Shown here: positions 27,033-39,900 of the stretch, piece by piece
How positions within the stretch are numbered: position 1 is the stretch's first letter
Layout of the letters: every line of letters starts with the position of its first letter
Origin: Setoptus koraiensis
Taxonomy: Eukaryota; Animalia; Arthropoda
DNA: 64,000 bases
Reading direction: 5' to 3'
Assembly (NCBI GenBank): GCA_048013815.1
Contig: CM106586.1
Location: 18,476,001 to 18,540,000 of the forward strand
Notes under the pieces: model-generated
What the model was told of the DNA's origin: nothing
Database searches by the model: none
The model's input: the letters and a program-made list of their open reading frames with translations, nothing else
Made by a program: the position numbers and the translations under genes

Positions 27033-27834
27033 TCACGCGAGACCTCTGTTCTTTCTCTGAATCATTACCCATTGGCTAAATGGACCATGATTGCCGTAGT
27101 AATGGCAATACACACCATCTGGTTGCAATCTACCAACCGATCTCAACTTCTGGTACTCATCCAAGTCCCATTTGGTGAAACCCCATTTGCGGGATACAAC
27201 AATCTGTTGAGGCATAGGAAAAAGAAGTAAACACGAGTGGTTAGTATAAGGTTAGTTCGAAGATAAATGTTGCGCCGTTGTTAAAAGTTGTCATCTCAGT
27301 TATTACGTTGCAATAACAGTAGTCTTGAATGTCAGCACTTACCTTTTGACGTCCTGGGAACTTGAACTTGGCACGACGCAGGGCCTCTATCACATTCTCC
27401 TTGTGATTCTCTTTGACACGAACTGAAAGTATCTGTTGGTCAATGTTGACACGAGCAACAGTTCCTTGGGGCTTACCAAAGGCTCCTCTCATTCCTGTCT
27501 GCAGCCTATCCGCTCCGGCACAACTTAACATTTTGTTGATACGGGTAACATGAAATGGATGCACTCGAACTCTTAAATGGAAGGCGTCTTTACCGCATGT
27601 CTTGACCAGGTACTTGTTGGCGCAAATTCTAGCCGCCTCGAGTGCCTCTGACGATATTTGTTCCCATTCCTTTGAAATCAAATGAACGCAAGTGGGAAAT
27701 TCGTCCACCTTGGCCTTCTTACGTCCCAGATCATAGATCCTAATTTTGGGGTCTGGCACACCACGGCAAAATCTCGATTTCGGATACGGCTTGTTCTTGC
27801 AGTATCTGTAACAGCGGGCCGGTCTTCTTCCCAT
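27033..27834 (-). CDS. RPL10: 60S ribosomal protein L10 (uL16), copy 2. Exons 27834-27343 and 27203-27033
   Basis: Mirror image of copy 1 with identical protein and identical 139-nt intron. Confidence 0.98.
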
Positions 27835-30800
27835 TTTGATGATAGTTGTATTCCTTTATTATAAATATAATAGTCTGATGAGAGATAGCCAGTACCTGGT
27901 CGATTCTTCTATCCAAATATGTAAATAATGTATGACTAATGTATCGGCGTTTCTATGTAAATATAGCACAGGTCGGCAAGCAGCATCACCGATTGATGCC
28001 AGCACTCACGCTGTTTCTTTCCGCTTTGACTGAAAACGTTTTTCCCGCCTCCGGCAGATGTCACTGATGTAGTTTTTTCTTTTCGATCAAGGTTCGATGT
28101 TCGATAGGCGACATTCGAATACATTTGCTCCGACGGGAGGATGAGCAGACGGCGCCTCGACCCAAACTTCGTTTTGGCGTCTGTACCTGACCGGCGCCTG
28201 GTCGGATTTGGCCATCCGAAATGGAGTAAATAGTCTGAAGTATCTAAGACAGAAGAGAATGATGAGAATGATGGTAGCATGCTTTTTTAGCCTTGATTCT
28301 TGTCGATTAATATTCAGTGGCAAATATGAACAGATATGAATTTAATTGAATTTATCTATGAAAATCGATCGGGCATCAATCCAATTGATGTCTCAGGCAT
28401 AGCGCTCCTCTTAGCAATGGTCATACCCGGCTTGACGACCCTACTGGCCCGCAACACTAACTGTGACGCTGTCATAGAGTCTTCGTTAGACCTGCGATAA
28501 ACAGTGAGATGGCCCCAAATGTCATCGATCGGCACTAAATCCCTTGGCAAACTCCAAGAAGCGCCACCACTATTTCTAGAATTTATCATGGCGATCTGTG
28601 ACGACCATTCACTTGAATCTCATGAAATTTCAGTCCACCGGTCATAAAATGAACAATCTAGCCCATAGAATACACCAAAAACCGTACAGAGGCGACATTC
28701 CGAGACCGGCAACGCTAAACGGGCTTCAACACAACGAATCTTGCCTCTCTTACATCTTGTTAGGTCTGAAATGTGGCGCTCATCTCGTGATCCTCCTTCG
28801 TGAGGAGCCGATCGGCTGCAGCTAACCTAAATCTACCCGTTCGTATCTTGTCCTCTCAAAGGGACTTGTTCACTTTACTTTCCCATAGTCTATTTTCAGC
28901 TCTTCAGATATTTCACTCAGATTTCTAGCTCAATAGTCATTGAGATAAGCCTGTACTGGCGAAGTTAATCATTGCTGGGGCAATTTGTCGTGCATCGCCT
29001 CGCTGAAGATTATTCTCTCTTCACATAGCAGAATTGGCCTTGAGATTTAGTCCGTAGATGTTTTTGCAACTCTAGCTCATTGTTGCCAGCTTGACTTGTA
29101 TAATTGTCTAGTTGGACAACAACCCAGTCAGTGTTGCCGCCATTTAGACAGACACATTCCATTTAATGGATGTGTACACTGCCATCCAAGATTATCAAAC
29201 CGCTTTTCGAGTTTGAGGCTTCAGATGCTTTTGTTTAGTGTTGAGTCACAAAACTTGAGACTTGTTGCTTTAAATTCATCTGCAAATCACATGGGGGTGA
29301 GCTGCGTAGCATTCTTTGTCGAATCGTTCGCAACAATACCATGCCGATGTGACCCGATGGAGCCTAGATAAGCCTTCAGTGTAGATAAGCTCTCAGTATA
29401 CTCACATATGTAACGCCAGCAATGGAGAACATTCACATCTATGGCATACAGGCTATAGTCGATACAACATTTGAAACACAAATCAATCGAATTGCATTGG
29501 CAAGTTGGGCCAAAGGAAAGTCATCAATGGCAGGAGGGTGGTGTATGCTGTTAAACAGAAACAATACTTTTACTAAAATTGCTAACTAAAACCGAGCTGA
29601 ATGTAATGTAAACTTAAAAGCTTCCATGTTCGAAAATTCGTCGTGAGCATTTTCACTATGTAGAGACTCAACTTTCTGACACAAAGTCAGCGGGCTCAAA
29701 ACAGTTCAATGCGAGGCTATCAAACTCTTTGTTCTACATCTAAATATTCTAAATTCATTTCCTTTGATTTCATAGCTATCATTAGCGAGATTCCGTCGGA
29801 ACAATCGAGCTGTTACTGACTGACTGACTGGCTCTACTATTACTATTGCTATCAACGAATGGCGAGATAAGGCTAATTGAGTTGTGAGCAATTTCCATTT
29901 GAGACACTCGTCAAATTAGTGAGCTATTTCTCTCTACCATACTGGCAACTTGCAAATGGAACATACATATGATGTAATGCTGCAATTTGGACAACATTAT
30001 GCGGCTTTTTGCAAATATATACATATAAATACTGCACTACATTGCATAGTATAGATATGTTGAGATAGAGGAGTAGATATATAAATATATATCAATTACA
30101 TTTGTGTTTCAGTTAGACGGCTCGGCAAGCTATGTTGCGTGTGTGTGTGGGGGGGGAGGGGGGGGGTGTAACAATCAAACCACCAAGGACGCTCACTGTG
30201 CTGGGCACGATGTGCTGTTTGCGTGTTGCCGTACCCCGGCGCCCCTCGATCTCCACACCCAGGCGGGTCCCGTTCGTTGGGGCTTTATCGGATATTTGGT
30301 AGACAAACACAATTGCAACACCGAGCGCCCAGTGACGGCATTCGTGAATCATGTGCATCGATAGTCATTTGGTTGTACCCAAAGGGTCTTGTCACTTGTA
30401 GCCACCAAATGGCATCAATGTGCCCGAAAAAATCACTTCCAATCGTCCGATGCCCAACCTGGATCGCCAGACTACCCGATGGCGTCTTGCTCACCTGTAT
30501 AACAGAATATACTGTACAACCAGTATACATGCGAAATCTACTATTCGCATGCGAGAATAGCCGATGAAAACCGATGAATCTCACACCTAATCGCAGATAT
30601 ATCACGCGGACATGAAGCGACCCACGCCTACTCGCCATGCCGGACCGCGACTAGCCCGACACACAGTGGTGTTCGTGCTCGCTGTGCGCTAGATCGTTTG
30701 TGTGTGCTTACGTAAATCTGAGTATGCGCAGTAAAGGGCATCCATGGCATGACCTGTAACATTTGACAGCTTGATGGAAACACCCTGCACAGAGCCTGTG

Positions 30801-32332
30801 TAAAGCGTATGAGTTTGTTCGGCGATATATCGTTTAGTTTAGGCGCACCTAAAGTGACGCACACACAAGCTATTTCTTATGGTGTTGGTGACGGACGAAC
30901 AAGGCGGCTGCTGCTGCTTCAGAGAAACCAGCAAAGGCAACGCACAAAAGCGCCTTTTATACACAACCACACAAACATATAAATTTTGTACACACGAACA
31001 TGTAGGCATTGGAACGTCGCAGACGGGCAATCTCTGTCAGAGGGCCACTCTGACAAGGGCTATATTCGAAAACAACAACAACAACAACAACAACAGCCAT
31101 TACTGCATGGCTGGAATAAAGTCACATCAGCTACATATGAGCGGCGGTTAGAAAAACTAAGCAGCCAGCCAAGTTTGTTGTTTCCAGATTTGTGAGGCTC
31201 AAGTGGAAATTCAACAGACGCAGATAGGAAACAAGTCGCAATAAGTCAGAGAGTAGGTTGCTGGTTTACTGTGTTGTGTATGTGTACACGACCCTGTATT
31301 CCATCAGCGGCAGACATTACATAAATATATACTATGGTATAGGGCTACAGTATATGGCTAGACTTTCGAGCTGGCTGCTCGCCTTTCACAGTCTGTTGGC
31401 GAAGTGTGTGTAGTATTTGCCTTCCTCTCTCCCTTTATCTCCTGTGTTTCTTTGCTATTTAAATGGCGAGCTCTCTGGCCCTGCTCTGGCTGTTGCCACT
31501 GCCATAGCGCAGTAGAGAGCGAGAGAGAGAGAGAGCGAGCGCTGGCTAGACAGAGGGACAAACGACCAATGTTCGTCGGGTAGAAGGCCTTAACTTTATT
31601 TTAGCATTGGCCTGGCAGTAATAATATCATTATCGGGCTACAACAATAAGTGAGCCCACATTATTATTGTAATCGTGGTAGTAGTGGTAGTGGTGGCAGT
31701 GGTGGCAGTGGTGGTAGTGGTGGGGCTTTGATGGTAAACAAGTCAAGGCTCAACAACGGCAACCACCATCTGCAAGTGAAGTTTAGTCAGTCGCAGTAGT
31801 AGTGGCAGAGGCTATGCCACCACCAACAGCACAGAACAAAACACAACTCTGAGTCGCATGTACACAAGCACACTACCATACTTTGGTCACACACACACAC
31901 ACACACTCGCACAGAGCGTCGTCGATTTGGCACAGAAACAGCACTCGCTGGTGGCAGCGAACAACTGAAAACAACATTTCGATTCGAGAACGCCAAGTGT
32001 AAGATGTATGCCAACTAAATTTACTCATATCTTCTGTATCGCGCAATACAAACCAGCGAAATCGCCATTATTGCTATACTCGAATCATATCTTACACACA
32101 GCCAAACAACCACTCGCTGTATTGTGTCGAATTAATTGTATTTTGGGGCTCCGACGAGACGAATTACCAGATTTTAGAGTAAAAATCGTTGCGCCAGTCG
32201 CCCGTAACACACACACACACACAAACGCACACACACACACTCATACACAAAAATATAAACACACACACAAAGAGAGAGAAAGAGAGATAACAAACAAAAG
32301 AGGAGCACAACACACACACACACACACGATCG

Positions 32333-32600
32333 CAAGCAGCACAGTAATAATCGCACGCACTAACACACAGCAGCAACATCGGCAGCAGAAGTTTCCTCGG
32401 ATCGCACACATATAACATAAACAACAACAAGAAAAAAAGATTATATATAAATATCATCATCTAGTATTATATTCTGATACGTTTATAGGTAATAATAATA
32501 CTTGATATATCACTCACTTGTATTCATTAATTGAGCTTGAAAACGAGATCTAACACACAGATTGAGCAGTCATTGGCGAGAGTTTATAGCAGCAGCAACA
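32333..32600 (+). promoter_or_regulatory. Non-coding element upstream of HEXIM, homologous to the H3.3 upstream region (25927-26175)
   Basis: Colinear shared blocks: CAAGCAG..., ACGCACTAACAYACAGCAGC, GGCAGCAGAAG, ATATAAATATCATCA, TGATACRTTTA, ATTGAGCTYGAAAA, ACACACWGATT, GGCGARAG. Homology is seen directly; regulatory role inferred. Confidence 0.7.
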
Positions 32601-32924
32601 AGCGAACACGCACACAGTCGGAGCTTAAGCTAGAGATATTAGAGAGCTTATCTGAGTGAGAGTGATGCAGATTCTCAGCAACATCGCACCAGACAGCAGA
32701 ACTAACAACAACAACACAAACAACAACAGTGCACAACTGTATCAAATGAATCGATTAGAATTATTACAAAATAATCATTATCACCATTATTATCAGCCAC
32801 ACTTACTTTTCATTAAACACAGACGATACGTCGTGGATCGTCAATTGCATCAATGCTCTATAACTACTAATGCAGCAACTAATCAAGCAACAAAGCAATC
32901 AGTAATTTTCCAATAAAAAATAGA

Positions 32925-33065
32925 ATGAACAATAATAATCAACAATATTGCGTTGCCACTTTGAGCGTCTCTGACGCTGATCAACATTTTGAAATGATGA
33001 CACAGCAACAACAGCAACAGCAACAACAGCAGCAGCAACAACAACAACAACAACAACAACAGCAA

Positions 33066-33118
<53 letters not shown>

Positions 33119-34544
33119 GCAGCAGCAGTATAATGCAGCTATGGCCCCACATCCTCAGGCAGCACATCATTTTCTAGCTCCCTATGGTCCTGCTGCTAGT
33201 TATCATTATCCGCAACAAACCGCAGCGGCCATTTATCACCAAAATCAAAACATACAGCTTGCCTTGCAACAACAACAAGCCCCACCGCCACCACCTCAAC
33301 CTACTACACAAATGCCATCGCCAGCGATGGCCTGCGTTCCTTTAGGTCCACCGCAGCCTATGCAACAGCAACAGCCAGCTCAGGTGATACAATTGCAACA
33401 AAGGTATGGTTTATCTAATTGCAATGCCACCAATAATATGATTGCTAATAAGGCCCATCAACATTATTGTTTGTCACAGCTGATGCATCCTATTATGCGT
33501 CAGCGTCTTAATCGTCGCCATTCTAAGTTTCGTGGACGTCATGGTGGTAACAGCGGCGGCGGGGGCCAGTTTCATGGTGGTGGAGGAGACAACGCGAGAC
33601 GTTTGAACAACAACAATGGACCAAGACAGCGGTCTAACAGCAGTGGGGCATCCGGTGGTCAAGCCATATCTCTATCTTCGTCAGGAGCTAGCAATCATCA
33701 GCAATCCAACAATAATAACAAACAAGATTCAACCAACAACAATAATAATATTAGTGGTAATAAATTGTTAAAGTCTCGTAGATTATCTAACAATACACTC
33801 AGTAATAATAATTTCCAAAAACAAAATAATAATCTACGAATCCAGGGACGTAAGGCACCATCTAACACAACACAATTTATCATGGACGACCATTGTTTGA
33901 TTGAGCCAGATTTTGACTCTATGCGTCAAAATATAATGGCACATATCGAAAGAGGTAGAAAGCGCAAAATTCTTGAGCAACAGCAATCGATATTGCGAAA
34001 AAAAACTCGCGACGACATTATTAGAGCGTCGCAACAAGCATCTTCCGCCAATAATTCTGATAACAGTAGTAGTAATAATAAAAGTGATAGTGTAGCAACT
34101 ACATCTCAGTCAAATATCAGTAACCCTAAAGACCAGCAACAGAAACAATTGGATCTTCAAGCAAGAGAAAATCTTGAGAATCTTGGTGAAAGAGGCACAC
34201 TCTCAGTGTCTAATAGTAATCGAGGTAGTACGAGAAGTCTTAATGATGATGATCATTCATCAGTAGTGTCAGCAATGTATCAATCGCCCCAATTAGAGCA
34301 TGATTATTTGCAAGAAGAGTTTCAGGAGGTTTATTCTAATATACACACTGAGAGATTGAGCTCAATGAGCAAAAATGAACTTATCAACGAGTATCTCCTC
34401 TTAGAGGAACGAGTTGAAGAGCTTGAAAATCAATTGCGTGAAGCACAAAGGATCAATTTATTGGAAGATATAGATGAGGAAACTAATGAGGATTTGTCTA
34501 CTAACGAAGTCGAGGAGTTCTGTGAGAAAATAAAATGTGAATAA
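32925..34544 (+). CDS. HEXIM: HEXIM (7SK snRNP / P-TEFb inhibitor), intronless, 539 aa
   Basis: KAPSNTTQFIMDDH corresponds to the PYNTTQFLM motif; YLQEEFQEVYSNIHTERLSSMSKNELINEYLLLEERV matches the HEXIM coiled coil (FSETYERYHTESLQNMSKQELIKEYLELE in human, recalled). Confidence 0.92.
33003..33128 (+). repeat. Coding CAA/CAG tract, 42 Gln, in the HEXIM N-terminus
   Basis: 126 nt of CAA/CAG in frame. Confidence 0.95.
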
Positions 34545-35259
34545 AAAAATTTTCAGGCAGTTTTCGCCAAATAATATGATTGCATATACATAAATATATT
34601 GCATATTGTATATTAAGAAGCATCAAAGAAAAAAGACACACAATCAAAGCAAACTATAACATGTTCTGCGTTGATAAATGAAGATGATAAGTTTACATCT
34701 AGTAATTGGTGTTTACAAAACTGAAAAAAAAACACAAAAATGCCTCACTTTTGACCTCTATCACTAATTTAAATTGTGTTACGCTGCCAAAGTTACTCTT
34801 CACATACCAGTGTAAACAATATGAATCTCCTAACCTTTAGAAAGTATGCATATTCTCTCTAATGATAAGAGAAGTATAAAAAGTATTTTTTTTTTCTTGA
34901 TAAAAACCAATAAATGAGACTGATACAAGTATTCACATCTGAGCCGGGATGTAATGCCGCTTCGAAAGGTAAGTAGCACAGTTATCGCCATCAGACAAAG
35001 CTGATATGAAGCTCTTTATCTACTCATAGTGAACTAGTAAGGTTGTGATGAGCTATATAACACAAAGGTAACAAAACTGTGTGTGCGATACCCGTCTTAA
35101 TTGGTTTGACTATTGCGTAATACTTGCTATGGTTATGGTGAAAGACACTATTATGTCGCTAGATTTTTATTCTCATATTCGAATCCCTGTATATATGTGA
35201 TTGAGCATTATCATCACTATTATCTTATAAACCTTTGTGTGTGTTAGTAGCTTGTCAAT

Positions 35260-36918
35260 TCAATTGACTTTTTTAGAATGTTTCTTGGTGTCAGGTTGCC
35301 AGACCTTGTAACTGACACGGCAAGTCATCAACATAAACACAACACTTGCAATGGCCATGGCCTCAAGTAGAAAGAATATCGCAGACCATGAGTAGTACTT
35401 GGCCACGGTGGCAAATGGCAAGCCAGCCGCTATGGAACCGACATTGGCTGCCAAGGCCGCTATGGCATGGGCCGTACCGCTCATATCACTAATTACTGAT
35501 TGGGTTGCTACCACACCAAATATTGCTATCTGTCCATAAATTGCAAATCCTACAAAGGCTCCTATGATGTTGACAAATACCGAAGATGTGCCCTCGCTGA
35601 CATTGAAATACATCAAATGGAGAAAGGCTGCGGTGACTATGGCGAACAGTATTGCCACTGTCATTCTGGGATTTCCTCTAGTGGACATTTGATTGTTTTT
35701 CATTAATTTCTTCATGTAGAGATCAGATATAAATCCGGCTGCAATACCACCGAAAAATCCGCCCAGTTCTACGCTGCTAACGAAACCGCTGGCTGAGGCA
35801 TTCAAAGGTATACAAAGGTAAGTGCAATGGGATAAATTAGTGGAAGTTTAGATTAGAAGCATACTCAGTTCATTAGTGGGACAGAAAGTGTGATTCTAAT
35901 GTCCTCATGTGAAAAATTAAAATTAAAATAAAAATAAAGATTACTATTAAAAAACAAAACAAACTGGTTCATATTGTCATTACTTACCAACTAGACTGGA
36001 TTGTTTGCAATCATTCATCAAGTATAACTGGCCCCAATCTGTCACGCTCGTCTTGAGACAAGACACCACTAGGTAACAAATAGAGATGACCCATATGAAG
36101 GGTGATTTGAGCAGCATCACCATTGGACTGGTAGTGTCTTTTGTTACTTTCGGTGTTTTGTTACCCTTTGAGGCATCAGGTGATTTGTTTTCTTTTGTTT
36201 TAGCATTGTTTGCTGTGGGACGGTCAAAACTCTTCAGTCCTAACTCGGTTGGCGAGTTTACAAGTATTGCGTAGGCCAGGAGAGCCACGAGTGCCGACAA
36301 CATTCCGGCGAAATTCAAACTAAATCTCCAGTCATAGAGCGACACAAGGGTGGCAGCTAAAAATGGAGCTAAACAACCGGAAAGATTGGCACTGGCACTT
36401 GCCATACTGGTGGAAATCGCGAAAATTGATAATGGTGTTGTTTGTTAATATAAATATTCAGATCATATTACACATAGCTACAGGTAGCAGCGGGTTCTTA
36501 TCTCATCTTACCTCCACCAAGTGCCGAGTTCGGATGGACTGAACCAATTTTTGAGAAGTTTCGCTATCGACGGCCAGCCAGCACCTTGGGCCAATCCATT
36601 CATGAACCAACATGCTGTGAATACTGCTACTGAGCTTGAGTAAGAAAATAATATTGTGGCCAGACCACTAACCAAGAGGCCTGAGCTAAACAAGAGTTTA
36701 CTGCTTAATTTATCCGAGGCAATACCACCAAGAAATTTACTTATGGCATAGGCTAGATTTTGGCTGCTGGCTATGAGTCCAACTTGATCGGCTTGTAATC
36801 CATGCTCGAGCAGTTTGGGTATAACAAAAGAGACACTTTTTCTATTGTAGCTATAAGTGGCATATCCGATGAAGATGATAATAAATGTTAACAATTGATT
36901 TCGTTTGAGACGCTCCAT
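35260..36918 (-). CDS. SLC37A4: Glucose-6-phosphate exchanger (MFS, OPA family). Exons 36918-36512, 36406-35988, 35792-35260; ~452 aa
   Basis: YATYSYNRKSVSFVIP, FMNGLAQGAGWPSIAKLLKNWFSPSELGTWW|SMASASANLSG, TDWGQLYLM, QSSLV|ASGFVSSVELGG, GQIAIFGVVA. Both GT-AG junctions restore the alignment to G6PT. Confidence 0.93.
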
Positions 36919-39900
36919 AATGGTCCGCTGGTTATGTATTGGTTAGATCGTTTTGTTTGATTATGGTAAACTGAGTATTGTGATTTTAGGTTCACGTCTC
37001 ATGGCGTTTCAGTGTAATATGATATTGGTTGGCAAACAAATAAATGGTATTTATAAATCATGTCAGTCTCATTGTATCTAAAGTACATGAGTGTATTGAT
37101 CGATCATGGACGGTGTTTACGTCAAGTCAGTCTGTTGATGACAATCTTGGCCGATCTTTCTATTTTAATTAAATATATTGTTGTCAGAGTTACAAAGACG
37201 ACATTGGGAAGGCGTGCACCAACAACAACAACATCAGTCGTGCTGGCGCCAACTTTGAATTTACCAAGCCGCTACGGGATAGATGACTGCGAGCGATTGT
37301 GGAATAGAAAACTGGCACCGATTGGGGGTTGAGTTTTGATTGGGAGTTGTATCTCTAAAATAATTACAAAAGTATATTGATATGAAGTGAGTGCATTTAT
37401 GAATGAGTGTGCAATGTCGTAAGTGTCAAAACAGAGTAATATCTTACCGGCACAAAATTGAGATGTGTGGTTACGTAATCAACGTCGTCTTGCGTAACCA
37501 ACATGTATTCAATGAACGAAATGCTGCAGCTCGGCATGGCCGAACTGCAAGATAACCGTTATCTGATGATCCGTATATGTTGTAAATGTTGGAAAGGCGT
37601 TAGTTATCGCTACAGGTCTATTGGTTGACTAGAGTGAGAATGCGATTCGTATTTCTGGTGCCTTTATATTGTATTGTGCCACGATTATGTGTAGTTATGC
37701 AATAATGACTGATGAAAGTGTCAACAATGATGTAATCAAGATACAGTACAATACTGGCTGGTATGTGAATGAACAACGACAACAATCAATCGCCCACGAT
37801 CTCACAGTGAAATTGTGAGTAGCACTAGTACAGTTGTGATGTGATGAAAATCATACCACCTAGTTGAGTTAATAATTGACTGGCAGTGCAAAAAGAGTAA
37901 GCATTGTTGTCTGATTGTTGTCGGCCTGTTGGCAAGAGCAAGCGGTCAAGCAAGAGTTAACCTACTTAATAAAATCATACAGTCAGCGGTACTCATTGCC
38001 TAGCTAGAGAGAGAGAGAGAGAGAGATGTCATTCGCGGTAATGATGTCGACGGTGATGCAAGCTTTTTGCCCCAACTCTCCTTCTTCTGTTAACTTGAAA
38101 GGGACTCGATGTTTATAAATATAACTTTCTTTGCCACATATATCATCACACACACATACAATCATGATAATGATAATGATAAAATAAAATAAATAAATAA
38201 GCCAGAGACACCATTAATGAAACTGTGTATGTAAATTTGCTATTCGGTGGCTAACCTCGGATTTGCATCTCGGTCTGTTTGCCGGCTCAGAAATTAGCTT
38301 ATGTGGCGAGGCTTGTCGCTACTCACAAAGCTCATTATACACATATAGCACATATATCACTTAAATGGCACATGGACACAACACTAAAAATAACTACCGT
38401 TGATTAATTGACCATCTTCCTCTTGGTTGGCCGGCGCTGCCAGGACAATGACTCTCTCTCTCTCTCTCCCTCCCTCCAGAGCTAGCCCAAGCTCTCGATG
38501 GAATGCTTGGGCTCCGGTTGCCATCATGTAACATTATTCAAACAACTAACACAAGAGATGACCAGGTACAAACAAACCATGTAAGCGGGCAATATAAGCT
38601 GTCATCATTAATGTTGCCGTTGTCTCGGATAAGAGTAGCTTGCGTATTACATTGAGATGAAATAACTCAAATTGAAACTATTGCAACTCTCTCGGAGCGC
38701 TAATCAGCCAGTGTGAGTGGTAGTAACAAGGCCACTAAAGTGATAAGTAGCAGTGTCGGTTTGTTCGTGTGTTTATATCAAGCGAGCCTTGTACAATCTT
38801 GGCAATCTCAGATAGTGGTGGTGGTGTCGTCCGTCAATGTGGGCATACATGGGCAAACGGCAATCAATTGCCAGACTACACAATAATAATAATAATAATC
38901 ATTTCTGTCATGCAAACAAAATCGCCAAGACACTCAAAAAAGAGCGACCGAGAGATATCGAGTTTTGTCGAAGCTCAACTTATAGCCACTGCCAACGAGC
39001 TTGCAAATCATTAGTTAGCCGACGAGCATTCAATCGGACGATGGCAACTTAAAGCACCACAATTACATGAATATTGATATACATGTGATAGTATTAATAT
39101 TACGATACAGGCGCATTCTCAGTCTGGGGAGAACTTGTTGCTGCTGTTGTTGTTGTTGTTGTTGCTGTTGTTGCTGTTGTTGCTGTTGTTGATGTTGTTA
39201 GTGTTGAACGATTTGCAACTGATGACTTTAATGAGAGTTTTGCGCAATGTTGTGAGTGACAAATGTCAAGATAATTCATTCACATGTCAGTAGTATTGAA
39301 TGCGTATGTAAATGGTTCTATTATTGTCATAGATGGCTCACGTAGGGTTGCCCTTATATATACAGTACATATGTAGTCACCCTAGACTATATATATATAT
39401 AAATAAAGTTATATAAATTAATTGCTTTGCCGCTCATTAAATCGCGTGTAATTGTGCAATCTGACAAAAGTAGCAAGTTGTTGCTGGTATTAGCATCTCG
39501 CCAGCCATTGAAACGCTATGATAGAATGGAATAGTCCCACGCTAATGCGAAACAACTCGCTTGCTGTTGTTACGTACTTTTCTACTTTTTATTGAAGATT
39601 ATAAGATGTTCTTGGTGATTCTTTGGCGCTTTGTCACGACTGACCACTCTGAGCCTTTGAGTGTATTCCTCTATGTATTGCCCATTACATCATGTTAGTG
39701 GCGTGGTCTTAATAAGAAGCGAGAACCAGATCGCTCCATCTCTCAAAGAGAGAGAGAAATCTTGATTGCGTGATGAGTTCTCGTCTCCATCATGAGCTTG
39801 CGGACGGCATCATCAGAATGATGATTTAACAAGTCTGTCCAGTGAGAGGATGCCAGAAACTGACCGCCGGATAATGCTATGGGAATAACTGGCCAGTTGT

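Noticed and set aside
30455-30475. GATCGCCAG matching a human 7SK 5'-hairpin motif, near HEXIM
   Set aside because: Single 9-mer with no partner GATC in stem geometry and no Pol III T-run; Infernal with arthropod 7SK models would be decisive.
32883-33170. Poly-Leu antisense ORF, and similar poly-L/C/V ORFs at 58414-58855
   Set aside because: Antisense readings of CAA/CAG tracts.
38484-38513. 9-bp hairpin AGCCCAAGC/GCTTGGGCT as a possible miRNA
   Set aside because: Stem too short for a pre-miRNA and no known seed recognised.
39343-39384. hAT-like termini TAGGGTTGCC ... GTCACCCTA
   Set aside because: Only 42 nt long, imperfect, and no 8-bp target duplication seen.
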